Of a stretch of DNA of 64,000 bases, positions 28,313 to 36,647 are shown piece by piece (position 1 is the stretch's first letter; each line of letters opens with the position of its first letter). A program made the translations under genes and the position numbers. This DNA is from an uncultured bacterium. Its GTDB lineage: Bacteria; Bacteroidota; Bacteroidia; Flavobacteriales; Flavobacteriaceae. Location of the stretch: positions 1,537 to 65,536 of the forward strand of contig CAXBCS010000005.1 of the NCBI GenBank assembly GCA_963974305.1. The letters run 5' to 3'. The notes below the pieces were generated by a model that saw only the letters and a list, made by a program, of their open reading frames with translations, had not been told where the DNA came from and ran no database searches.

Positions 28313-29482
28313 ATGAAGGAAACTCCGGTAAAGACAGGCAGTAGGAAAGCTATGCATTTTAGAGGTGCGGAGTGCCTCAACTGTGGCCATCCCTTAGACT
28401 TAACAGATAGGTTTTGTGCATATTGCGGTCAGCTAAATACTACCAAGAGACTGACCATTATTGACTTTTTTAATGAATTTGTCTCAAGTGTTTTCACCTA
28501 TGACTCTCGATTTAGACACACCCTAAAAGACCTCCTTTTTAAACCCGGGACGATTACGCGCTATTATGTCAATGGTAAGCGTTTTCATTATGCAAATCCA
28601 TTTCGCTTTTTTTTAAGCGCCTCCATCTTCTATTTTATTATTCTTGGAATTTTGGCCTTTGTCAACGAAACCAATTTCGATACAAATTCAGGAAATCAAG
28701 GTTTTACTAATGGAAGAATCGTAACAGATTCAATTCCAGAGATCGATCAGATTAATCTCCCGCCCGTTCTAGGAAAAGGAATGGAAGACAAAATCAATGA
28801 AGATATTAAAAAGGCAGTGACTGAATACAATGAGGATACTCGAGAAGCGAGAAAAATAAAGGATTCAATAAGCTCTGAGACAACCTACACCCATATTGCT
28901 GAAAAGGACATAGACTCTATTGGCGGAATAGAATCGCTGGTAGACAAAATAAAATTGTTTAACGATTTCTATCAAACAACCAAAATAACCAATCCCACCC
29001 AAGCATTAGACAGTATGCAGTATGAGCACACTAAAATGAACAAATGGCTCTATGACAAAAATGAAGTCTACGATCGCGTACAGAAAAACCCCGTCCGTTT
29101 TATCCAGTACTTAGCCTCAAAGACGCCGTTTTTCTTATTTTTCTTTGCGCCTATATTTGCCCTTTTCTTCTGGCTCATTTACTCAAAGAAGAAATTTAAT
29201 TATATGGAACATATGGTTTTTATCTTCCATATTTTTAGTTGGGTTTTTGTCATTTTACTCATTTGCCTGCCCATAGATTCCTTACTCCCAACCTCTAATT
29301 TGCTGGCTGGCATAATACTTGGACTCATTGGACCGTTCTACTTCTATAAGGCATTAAGAAATTTTTATAAGCAAAATAGATTCATGACAATAATAAAATT
29401 TGTATTTTTAAATGTTGTGTTTATGATTTCTACATCGCTCTTTGCGCTTGTTTTCTTTGCACTCACAGCAGCTTTCTATTAA
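28313..29482 (+). CDS. DUF3667 domain membrane protein
   Basis: CLNCG...FCAYCGQ zinc ribbon, LLFKPG.IT..Y..GKR...P, C-terminal TMs with EH..F..H. Confidence 0.85.
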   Translation: MKETPVKTGSRKAMHFRGAECLNCGHPLDLTDRFCAYCGQLNTTKRLTIIDFFNEFVSSVFTYDSRFRHTLKDLLFKPGTITRYYVNGKRFHYANPFRFFLSASIFYFIILGILAFVNETNFDTNSGNQGFTNGRIVTDSIPEIDQINLPPVLGKGMEDKINEDIKKAVTEYNEDTREARKIKDSISSETTYTHIAEKDIDSIGGIESLVDKIKLFNDFYQTTKITNPTQALDSMQYEHTKMNKWLYDKNEVYDRVQKNPVRFIQYLASKTPFFLFFFAPIFALFFWLIYSKKKFNYMEHMVFIFHIFSWVFVILLICLPIDSLLPTSNLLAGIILGLIGPFYFYKALRNFYKQNRFMTIIKFVFLNVVFMISTSLFALVFFALTAAFY

Positions 29483-29486
29483 GATT

Positions 29487-29873
29487 ATGGTACAACAGGT
29501 AACTAGAGGCATTAAAATTTCGGTGGAAACAACCTTCGAAGGCACATTTTATAAAAACTATAAAATGCACTACGCCTTTGGATATAAAGTAACTATTGAA
29601 AACCAAAGCAAAGACTCTGTACAACTGATGGCTAGACATTGGAAGATTTACGACTCTTTGAATGATACTGAAACTGTTGCTGGGGAAGGCGTTATTGGCA
29701 AAAAGCCAGTGCTTAAACCCGGTGAATCACATACCTATAGTTCAGGTTGTTTACTTACCTCTCCTTTTGGAGCCATGGAAGGTCATTACCACATGGTAAA
29801 TTTTACGACGACAAAAAAATTTCGCGTTAAAGTTCCAACCTTTAAGCTGAGTGCACCCTTTGCTTTAAATTAA
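29487..29873 (+). CDS. apaG: ApaG family protein
   Basis: F.YKVTIEN, QLMARHW.I, V.GEGVIG..P, SGC.L.SP.G.M.G.Y. Confidence 0.93.
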   Translation: MVQQVTRGIKISVETTFEGTFYKNYKMHYAFGYKVTIENQSKDSVQLMARHWKIYDSLNDTETVAGEGVIGKKPVLKPGESHTYSSGCLLTSPFGAMEGHYHMVNFTTTKKFRVKVPTFKLSAPFALN

Positions 29874-30852
29874 CAGCTGCCCTATTCTCGAGCTCAAGGC
29901 GAAATTGCGATCCATCCTGCTGAATCGTACAATACTCACAGTTAGAGTCGTACACAAACTGGTACGCCTTTAAAGGTTCAAAGCCTTTGGGTAATAGCGT
30001 CATCCCTTCAAAATCTAAGACCCCCATCGCTGTATAACGGCGAACAACCGCACTCTCACTTTTGGAATCCTTTTCTAAATGAAACCATGCACTACTCCCT
30101 GTACCAGACAGAAGCTGTGCTCCTTCTGGCAACTTCACCTGCGTTGAGTTAGCGGTTTCTAGTTTTGGGACTCCTTTATCAAAATAGTTGGTCAAATTTT
30201 CGCGCAAAGCGGAAGAATTATATAATTTAATAGCACCTTGATAAACCTCAAAGACAGAGTCGCTTGCACTTTTCTCTACATTGCCAACAGTACTAGGTGT
30301 GAATTTTTTATTGTGTTTTAAGCGTTTAATAATATGATTTTCCCGTGTAGAGGCCAAAATCGTTTCAGTGACAAACCGAGCACAATTACTACCCTCTTTT
30401 CCAAATGCTTTGTACGGAATACTTCCTAACTCTTGAAGTCGTAGAATATATTCATTAGCCTTCTCATAATTAATAGATTCGCATAAAGAGGCAACGAGTC
30501 GGCCAGAGCCATGAGTTTTATCTGGATGGGCATCTAACCAAATCAAAAACTGATCTAAATTTGAAAGCATCCCTTCATCAGAAATATCTGCACGAAATGG
30601 AACTTCAAGCTCCACATCTGTATTTGCACCTCGCACTCTTCCTTTCCCAGGAGGGGTTATATATCTTCCAAAATCAAAATACTGAGCTTTACCTGTTGCA
30701 TTTTCAATCAATACCAAGGCAGCATGACCCGCTTTTATATGAGTGCGCGTTCCCAAACCAACTAATGGCAAAATTTTACACATTAATTCGTCAGACAACT
30801 TGACAAAAGTGTCTGGAAAAGCAAGGACAATAATTTTACCGTTATACCTCAA
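29842..30852 (-). CDS. DUF6695-like protein, possible permuted papain-like hydrolase
   Basis: AGHAALV followed later by SNCARFV (His before Cys); YFDFGRY motif. Confidence 0.6.
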   Translation of the reverse strand: MRYNGKIIVLAFPDTFVKLSDELMCKILPLVGLGTRTHIKAGHAALVLIENATGKAQYFDFGRYITPPGKGRVRGANTDVELEVPFRADISDEGMLSNLDQFLIWLDAHPDKTHGSGRLVASLCESINYEKANEYILRLQELGSIPYKAFGKEGSNCARFVTETILASTRENHIIKRLKHNKKFTPSTVGNVEKSASDSVFEVYQGAIKLYNSSALRENLTNYFDKGVPKLETANSTQVKLPEGAQLLSGTGSSAWFHLEKDSKSESAVVRRYTAMGVLDFEGMTLLPKGFEPLKAYQFVYDSNCEYCTIQQDGSQFRLELENRAAVNLKQRVHSA

Positions 30853-31564
30853 AGTTTACAAGATCAAATGTTGTTTGGTGCACTTCTCCTTTTTGAAAAT
30901 CATGATAGGTCATGGAACAATAATCAATTGTTTTTTCAACCTGAGTGGTACTCACTGTTTTAAGAAATCCACGATCCATTCGTACATCAACCACTGCATC
31001 TCCATCTCCTGCTGTTGTATGAAACGAAAGCAACTCTTCTGCTTCCCAGTTTGTTGTTTTAGCAAATTCTGCAAACCACACTTGGCGCTTTGCTTTCATC
31101 TTTGCATCATATAACATTGATGATGACCAAATACGCGGACTATCATCTAAAGGTGTGATATGTCTTTTCTTTCCATCCCAAACTAATTCGATAGCGCGCA
31201 TGTGAAAATTCCAGTCGATTGCAATGATTGTAAAGGGTTCAATATTTGAAAAATCAAAGGCTTCAATAGCAGTAAAAACATCTTCAGCCTTGAGCAGTTC
31301 TTTAAGAACGACTCCTCTACTCATGCGATATGTATCGACACGCATATGACTTTCAAATCCACCATTGAGTAAACAAATCAATCTATTGCGATCTGAAATT
31401 CCAATCCAACTCCCTCCTGCAACAGCATCCTTAGGGAATAACATTTTAACCCCCTCAATAGTATAGAAACTAGGTGCCAAAGCAATACGTCCCACAGCCT
31501 CATCGCGATTAGATGTCAATATAAAAGTATTATCAGCTTTGGGTATGTAAGTAACAGTACACAT
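30842..31564 (-). CDS. NRDE/TANGO2 family protein
   Basis: MCT N-terminus, SNRDE, P.D...GGSWIG, LLNG, SRG. Confidence 0.9.
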   Translation of the reverse strand: MCTVTYIPKADNTFILTSNRDEAVGRIALAPSFYTIEGVKMLFPKDAVAGGSWIGISDRNRLICLLNGGFESHMRVDTYRMSRGVVLKELLKAEDVFTAIEAFDFSNIEPFTIIAIDWNFHMRAIELVWDGKKRHITPLDDSPRIWSSSMLYDAKMKAKRQVWFAEFAKTTNWEAEELLSFHTTAGDGDAVVDVRMDRGFLKTVSTTQVEKTIDYCSMTYHDFQKGEVHQTTFDLVNFEV

Positions 31565-31822
31565 AGACATTTAGGTCAAAAAAGTAAGCCGCAACTTACA
31601 AAAATATAATGAAAGTTAGGTTTGCAGCAACCGCATGGCCACTCTATACTATAGTTCAATTCTCATAGAAGCTTAAATCTTCAGGAACTTTTTATATGCA
31701 TTCAAAAGTAGAGGCTAGAATGAGGTTGTCATTTTGTGTACTTGTAAATAGTGTATAGTACCCTTGCAGAAGTGCAAAGTTGAAATGCAATTAACATTCA
31801 CATAATTGCCTTAAGAAATTTG

Positions 31823-31830
31823 TACCTTTG
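31823..31830 (+). promoter_or_regulatory. -7 element (TACCTTTG) for pruA
   Basis: Matches TAnnTTTG, 29 nt before the ATG. Confidence 0.6.
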
Positions 31831-31859
31831 CAGGGCTTAATTAAAAAACAAAAAGTATC

Positions 31860-33488
31860 ATGGGAAAAGGATTTTTTCAAGTACCAATAGCTCTCAACGA
31901 CGAGATCAAATCATATGCACCAGGCTCTCCAGAAAGAGCTGAAGTTGCCGCAGCTTACAAAGCATTATTCAACGCACATACAGACGTACCCATGTTTATT
32001 AACGGGGAAGAGGTACGCACTGGTAATACGCGTACAATGTCACCTCCACATGATCACAAACATATTGTTGGAGAATACCACCTTGCTGAAAAGAAACATG
32101 TTGATGCTGCTATATCAGGAGCATTAAAAGCGCGTACAGAATGGGCAGACCTGCCTTGGGAACAACGTGCTGGTGTCTTCTTAAAAGCTGCCGAGCTTAT
32201 AGCCGGTCCTTACCGAGCAAAAATAAATGCAGCGACTATGATCGCTCAGTCAAAAACGGTTCAACAAGCAGAAATTGATGCTGCCTGTGAATTAATAGAC
32301 TTCTTACGTTTCAATGTTCAGTACATGACGGATATTTATAGCGAACAACCAGAATCTACTTCTGGTGCTTGGAACCGTTTAGAGTACCGCCCATTAGAAG
32401 GGTTTATCTATGCAATTACTCCTTTTAACTTTACTGCAATTGCAGCCAACTTGCCAGCAAGTGCTGCCATGATGGGGAATGTAGTAGTATGGAAGCCTTC
32501 AGATAGCCAAATGCTTTCTGCCAAAATTATTGTAGATATCTTCAGAGAAGCTGGTGTTCCTGATGGCGTTATAAACGTTGTACACGGAGATCCAGTCATG
32601 ATTACCGATACTGTATTAGCAAGCCCAGATTTTTCTGGCTTACACTTTACTGGATCAACAAATGTCTTCAAAGATATCTGGAAGAAAATTGGAATGAACA
32701 TCCATAATTATAAGACCTACCCACGTATCGTTGGAGAAACGGGAGGAAAAGATTTTATTGTTGCACACCCTTCGGCAGATGCCAAGCAAGTAGCTACAGC
32801 AATTTCAAGAGGAGCTTTTGAATTTCAAGGACAGAAATGTAGCGCAGCCAGTCGTGCATACATCCCTGCAAGCATGTGGGCAGATGTAAAAAAATTCGTC
32901 ATAGCCGATGTGAACTCATTTAAAATGGGATCTCCTGAAGATATGAGCAACTATATTACTGCAGTGATTCACGAAGGTTCTTTTGACAAACTTGCCAAGT
33001 TCATTGATCAAGCAAAAGAAGATGCAGATGCTGAAATTATTGTAGGTGGTGGTTATGACAAATCGAAAGGTTATTTCATTGAGCCAACAGTAATCCTTGC
33101 AAAGGATCCTAAGTACACTACAATGTGTACGGAGCTTTTTGGCCCAGTGATGACCATATATGTTTATGAAGACAAAGATTGGTCGGCTACCCTTAAATTG
33201 GTAGATGAAACGAGTGAATATGCGCTTACAGGTGCTATTCTTTCTAGAGACCGCTATGCGATCCAAGAAGCGACTAAAGCCTTACAAAATGCGGCCGGTA
33301 ACTTCTATATCAATGACAAGCCAACAGGTGCAGTTGTAGGACAGCAGCCGTTTGGAGGGGCGAGAGCTTCTGGTACAAACGACAAAGCAGGATCTGCCCT
33401 AAACCTTTTACGTTGGGTTAGTCCGCGTATGATCAAGGAGACTTTTGTAACTCCGGTAGATTACAGATATCCTTATTTAGGAGAATAA
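31860..33488 (+). CDS. pruA: L-glutamate gamma-semialdehyde (P5C) dehydrogenase
   Basis: PFNFTAI, FTGST, GETGGK, FEFQGQKCSA, ELFGP, INDKPTGAVVGQQPFGG. Confidence 0.95.
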   Translation: MGKGFFQVPIALNDEIKSYAPGSPERAEVAAAYKALFNAHTDVPMFINGEEVRTGNTRTMSPPHDHKHIVGEYHLAEKKHVDAAISGALKARTEWADLPWEQRAGVFLKAAELIAGPYRAKINAATMIAQSKTVQQAEIDAACELIDFLRFNVQYMTDIYSEQPESTSGAWNRLEYRPLEGFIYAITPFNFTAIAANLPASAAMMGNVVVWKPSDSQMLSAKIIVDIFREAGVPDGVINVVHGDPVMITDTVLASPDFSGLHFTGSTNVFKDIWKKIGMNIHNYKTYPRIVGETGGKDFIVAHPSADAKQVATAISRGAFEFQGQKCSAASRAYIPASMWADVKKFVIADVNSFKMGSPEDMSNYITAVIHEGSFDKLAKFIDQAKEDADAEIIVGGGYDKSKGYFIEPTVILAKDPKYTTMCTELFGPVMTIYVYEDKDWSATLKLVDETSEYALTGAILSRDRYAIQEATKALQNAAGNFYINDKPTGAVVGQQPFGGARASGTNDKAGSALNLLRWVSPRMIKETFVTPVDYRYPYLGE

Positions 33489-33513
33489 GCTTTCTTAAAC
33501 TAGAACAACAACT

Positions 33514-33542
33514 AAAGGCTGCCGAAAGGTGGCCTTTTTTTA
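33514..33542 (+). terminator. pruA terminator
   Basis: AAAGGCTGCC-GAAA-GGTGGCCTTT plus T run. Confidence 0.75.
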
Positions 33543-33581
33543 TTCTACTCTTTCGCATGCGCAAAATTGCGCAATCCTTTT

Positions 33582-33604
33582 GTCACCCTGAGCCTGTCAA
33601 AGGG
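33582..33604. repeat. REP-like element GTCACCCTGAGCCTGTCAAAGGG
   Basis: Resembles the GTCACCCTGAGCCTGTCGAAGGG-type intergenic repeat I recall from Bacteroidetes; lies between convergent genes. Confidence 0.55.
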
Positions 33605-33704
33605 TATCATTCTAAAACAATTATTAGTTTATTATCGATATCAACTCAAATCATTTAATGAAAGTGATAAATAGCATCATACTCAAAAAAAGGCATAAGT
33701 AGGA

Positions 33705-34493
33705 TTAATCAAAAATCAGTTTGCCGGTATAAAGCTCTTCGACCTCTATGATTTCTGGTCGATTCTTTGAGATGACATCTCCGTTGCTTACAATCTTCCC
33801 TTTGATGGAATTTAAAGGATGTACAATCATGACATTACTTCCTCTGTGAAATACATTGAGTTCGTCAACAAAAAAAGCAGCTCCTTCAAACCTACCTGCA
33901 CCTCCATAAAACCCAATAAGTGCTCGTTCTGCAGTTCCTGAGATAAAGAAATTACTAAAGTTATTAGACACCACTTCCAATCCTCCCACATCAAGATCTA
34001 GTCGGAAATCTGCTATGCGGTATTTAGAATTTTCATTTTCGTCGCTGACTAAGACCAAACTTTCATAGCTCAGCACACCTTCACTAGAAACTTCGTATTG
34101 AGATGCGTTACGGATACGTCTTATATCTGGAGCACTAACATATACAAGTGTTGGCTCACTAGCTTCCAGAAGGTCACAGCGATTTTCATCGATAAGAGTT
34201 AATGTCCCCTCATTTACGGTCACTTCTACTGCATCAATAATAGACTTTGTAGTTACTATTCTAATACTTTGAGGTCCTTCGGCTAGTATCATTTGAATAT
34301 TATCACGAACAATAATTTTATCAAAAAGCCCTACCTCAACAATGCGTTCAGCGACGGTTTCAGAGTCATCAAAACACAAACCAAGATCGCCAGAGTCACA
34401 GCTAGTTCCTAGAAGTAGCATGTAGACTAAAGCAATGTGTATGTAGGTTCCTTTTTTCACGAAAGTGTACTTATAATCGATATCCAATTCCAA
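33705..34493 (-). CDS. head GIN (DUF2807) domain lipoprotein
   Basis: Lipobox LGTSC; V..FDKI.V, L.L.D.N.C, beta-helix-like repeats; probable GTG start at 34460. Confidence 0.75.
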   Translation of the reverse strand: MELDIDYKYTFVKKGTYIHIALVYMLLLGTSCDSGDLGLCFDDSETVAERIVEVGLFDKIIVRDNIQMILAEGPQSIRIVTTKSIIDAVEVTVNEGTLTLIDENRCDLLEASEPTLVYVSAPDIRRIRNASQYEVSSEGVLSYESLVLVSDENENSKYRIADFRLDLDVGGLEVVSNNFSNFFISGTAERALIGFYGGAGRFEGAAFFVDELNVFHRGSNVMIVHPLNSIKGKIVSNGDVISKNRPEIIEVEELYTGKLIFD

Positions 34494-35565
34494 ATTCCAA
34501 TGCCTCCGCCTTAGCAGCGTGTGCTTTTACAGCAACTAGTCCGTAAAAATGATCTCCAAAATAGCGCTTTAGGCCCAAACGGTCATAAATTCTACCTTCA
34601 AAATCAACGGGATAGTAAATATAATAACCAGCATGCAAAAAGATGGCCGTCTGGCTAATACGTAATTCATAGCCAGCAAAAAGCCCAAGCCGCTTTGGAT
34701 CGTCATTCACCGAGATCCCCTCTTCTGGAAATGCAATTGCACGGTATTCGATATATTGTTTCATCGCACCAGACAAGAACAACTCGGCCCCAAACTGTAC
34801 CGTACTTTTATAACTTAAACGTTTATCAGCAAATACTTGTAAACCTACAAAAGCCTTTCGATCCAATCCAATAATATTGTTTTCATTGGCACCTCCTTGA
34901 AGGGTAAGATTCCAACGAATAGGCTCTGAATAATTTGTAGGGTTTTCAGTGAGTTGATACACTGGGGATTCCAGAGGATTATAATTCACTCCAATATTAG
35001 CTGTCAAAATATTATTACTTGTATTGGGGGTTCGCAAACGGCCATTAGAAAAATGCGCCAGTTGCAAGCCAGCCTCAATTCCAAAATCTCCTAAAAGACG
35101 TTCTTTTTTATAAGACAACCCGAGAATTGATGTACTCATTAGATGACTCCCAAAGGCAAGATTTCTAAAATTTGTATCGGCATCATAGGGATTGGTGTTA
35201 TATGCAATTCCTGTTCCCACTGTCAAAGAAAGCTTACGTTTTAAAAAGTAAAAATTGTAGTGTCCGTAGGCTGCCAAATTATTTCCCAGTACTGGGTTGT
35301 CCAGATCTTGATAAAGGAAAGAAAAACCCCAATCAGGATAGTTGTAGCGTTGCTGCCACTCCTTTTCTCCAAAGGTTGGCCGATTATATTGAAGCATGAA
35401 TCCTTGGGTATGCCCTTGAATTAACTGCCCTATATCAGCGTTGTGTTCTAAAATAGGGCCATTGAGATAATTCATAGACCAGCTGCTATTAGTCGGTTCG
35501 CTTTGCGCGAAAGCTGACGCTACCACAAAAAGGCAAATAAGGATATGTACAAAGAGTTGCCGCAC
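34471..35565 (-). CDS. acyloxyacyl hydrolase / PagL-like outer-membrane beta-barrel
   Basis: Signal peptide; YNYPDWG, AHFSNG..R.PN.S.N, C-terminal GIGYRL. Confidence 0.75.
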   Translation of the reverse strand: MRQLFVHILICLFVVASAFAQSEPTNSSWSMNYLNGPILEHNADIGQLIQGHTQGFMLQYNRPTFGEKEWQQRYNYPDWGFSFLYQDLDNPVLGNNLAAYGHYNFYFLKRKLSLTVGTGIAYNTNPYDADTNFRNLAFGSHLMSTSILGLSYKKERLLGDFGIEAGLQLAHFSNGRLRTPNTSNNILTANIGVNYNPLESPVYQLTENPTNYSEPIRWNLTLQGGANENNIIGLDRKAFVGLQVFADKRLSYKSTVQFGAELFLSGAMKQYIEYRAIAFPEEGISVNDDPKRLGLFAGYELRISQTAIFLHAGYYIYYPVDFEGRIYDRLGLKRYFGDHFYGLVAVKAHAAKAEALEFGIGYRL

Positions 35566-35585
35566 TTCGCTAAAATAGTAATTCC

Positions 35586-36548
35586 TTAAAACACTTGAGA
35601 GGCAATCTGTCTAATATTATCCGACTTCCCCATAGAGTAATAATGTAAGACAGGCACACCGGCTGCGATGAGTTCTTTACTCTGAGCAATAGACCACTCA
35701 ATTCCAACCTCCCGAATCGCTTGAGGTGTTTTACATTTTATGACTTCCCGTACTAAGGCATCTGGCATATCAACACTAAAACGTTGGGGGATCATATTCA
35801 ACTGTTTTTTTGTTGCCAGTGGTTTTAAACCAGGAATAATAGGCTTTGTAATTCCCGCTGCTCGGCATTTATCTACAAAGTCAAAATACTTCTGATTGTC
35901 AAAAAACATTTGGGTAACTACATAACATGCCCCAGCTTCTAGTTTCTTTTTCAAGAAATGTATATCACTTTCCATACTAGGGGCTTCAAGATGTTTTTCG
36001 GGATATCCCGCTACTCCAACGCAGAAATCGGTGGTAGAAGAATTAAGTAGATCTTCGTCTAAATATACCCCTTGATTGAGATCCATGATTTGTTCTACTA
36101 GATCTTGGGCATAAACATTCCCATGTTTATTTGCTTTAAAATAGGTCTCACTTTTAACAGCATCCCCACGCAAAGCCATCACATTTTCAATTCCCAGAAA
36201 ATCCATATCGATTAAAAAATTCTCTGTGTCCTCTTTGGTAAAACCACCACAAAGTACATGTGGTACAGCATCTACATCATACTTATTCTGAATAGCGGCA
36301 CATATTCCTACTGTCCCGGGTCTTTTGCGTACCACTTTCTTCTCTAATAATCCATCGGGCCTTTCTTTGTAAATGTATTCTTCTCTATGATAAGTCACAT
36401 CAATAAATGGCGGCTTAAATTCCATCAGCGGATCAATATTTGAAAAGATGGTATCGATATTTTGCCCCTTTAATGGAGGTAAAATCTCAAAAGAAAACTC
36501 GGTTTTCTTATTCTTTTCTGCTTTGGCAATATGTTCTCTTACTTTCAT
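35586..36548 (-). CDS. metF: methylenetetrahydrofolate reductase
   Basis: FSFEILPP, FIDVTYH, PHVLCGG, MALRGD, VAGYPEKH, VVTQMFF, LHYY. Confidence 0.95.
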   Translation of the reverse strand: MKVREHIAKAEKNKKTEFSFEILPPLKGQNIDTIFSNIDPLMEFKPPFIDVTYHREEYIYKERPDGLLEKKVVRKRPGTVGICAAIQNKYDVDAVPHVLCGGFTKEDTENFLIDMDFLGIENVMALRGDAVKSETYFKANKHGNVYAQDLVEQIMDLNQGVYLDEDLLNSSTTDFCVGVAGYPEKHLEAPSMESDIHFLKKKLEAGACYVVTQMFFDNQKYFDFVDKCRAAGITKPIIPGLKPLATKKQLNMIPQRFSVDMPDALVREVIKCKTPQAIREVGIEWSIAQSKELIAAGVPVLHYYSMGKSDNIRQIASQVF

Positions 36549-36560
36549 AATTTTTCTTTT

Positions 36561-36622
36561 CATTCCCGCGAAGGCAGGAATCTCAATCCGTAATCACTTA
36601 TTCCCACGAAGGCGGGAATCTC
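36561..36622. repeat. tandem pair of dRS3-like REP hairpins (ATTCCCGCGAAGGCAGGAATCTC / ATTCCCACGAAGGCGGGAATCTC)
   Basis: Two near-identical ATTCCC-N8-GGGAAT-type units in the metH-metF spacer. Confidence 0.75.
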
Positions 36623-36647
36623 ATTCAAGCTAGTCCTTGTTATTTTA

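Noticed and set aside
33550-33573. CTTTCGCATGCGCAAAATTGCGCA resembling a decayed palindrome copy
   Set aside because: Too many mismatches to distinguish from a local hairpin
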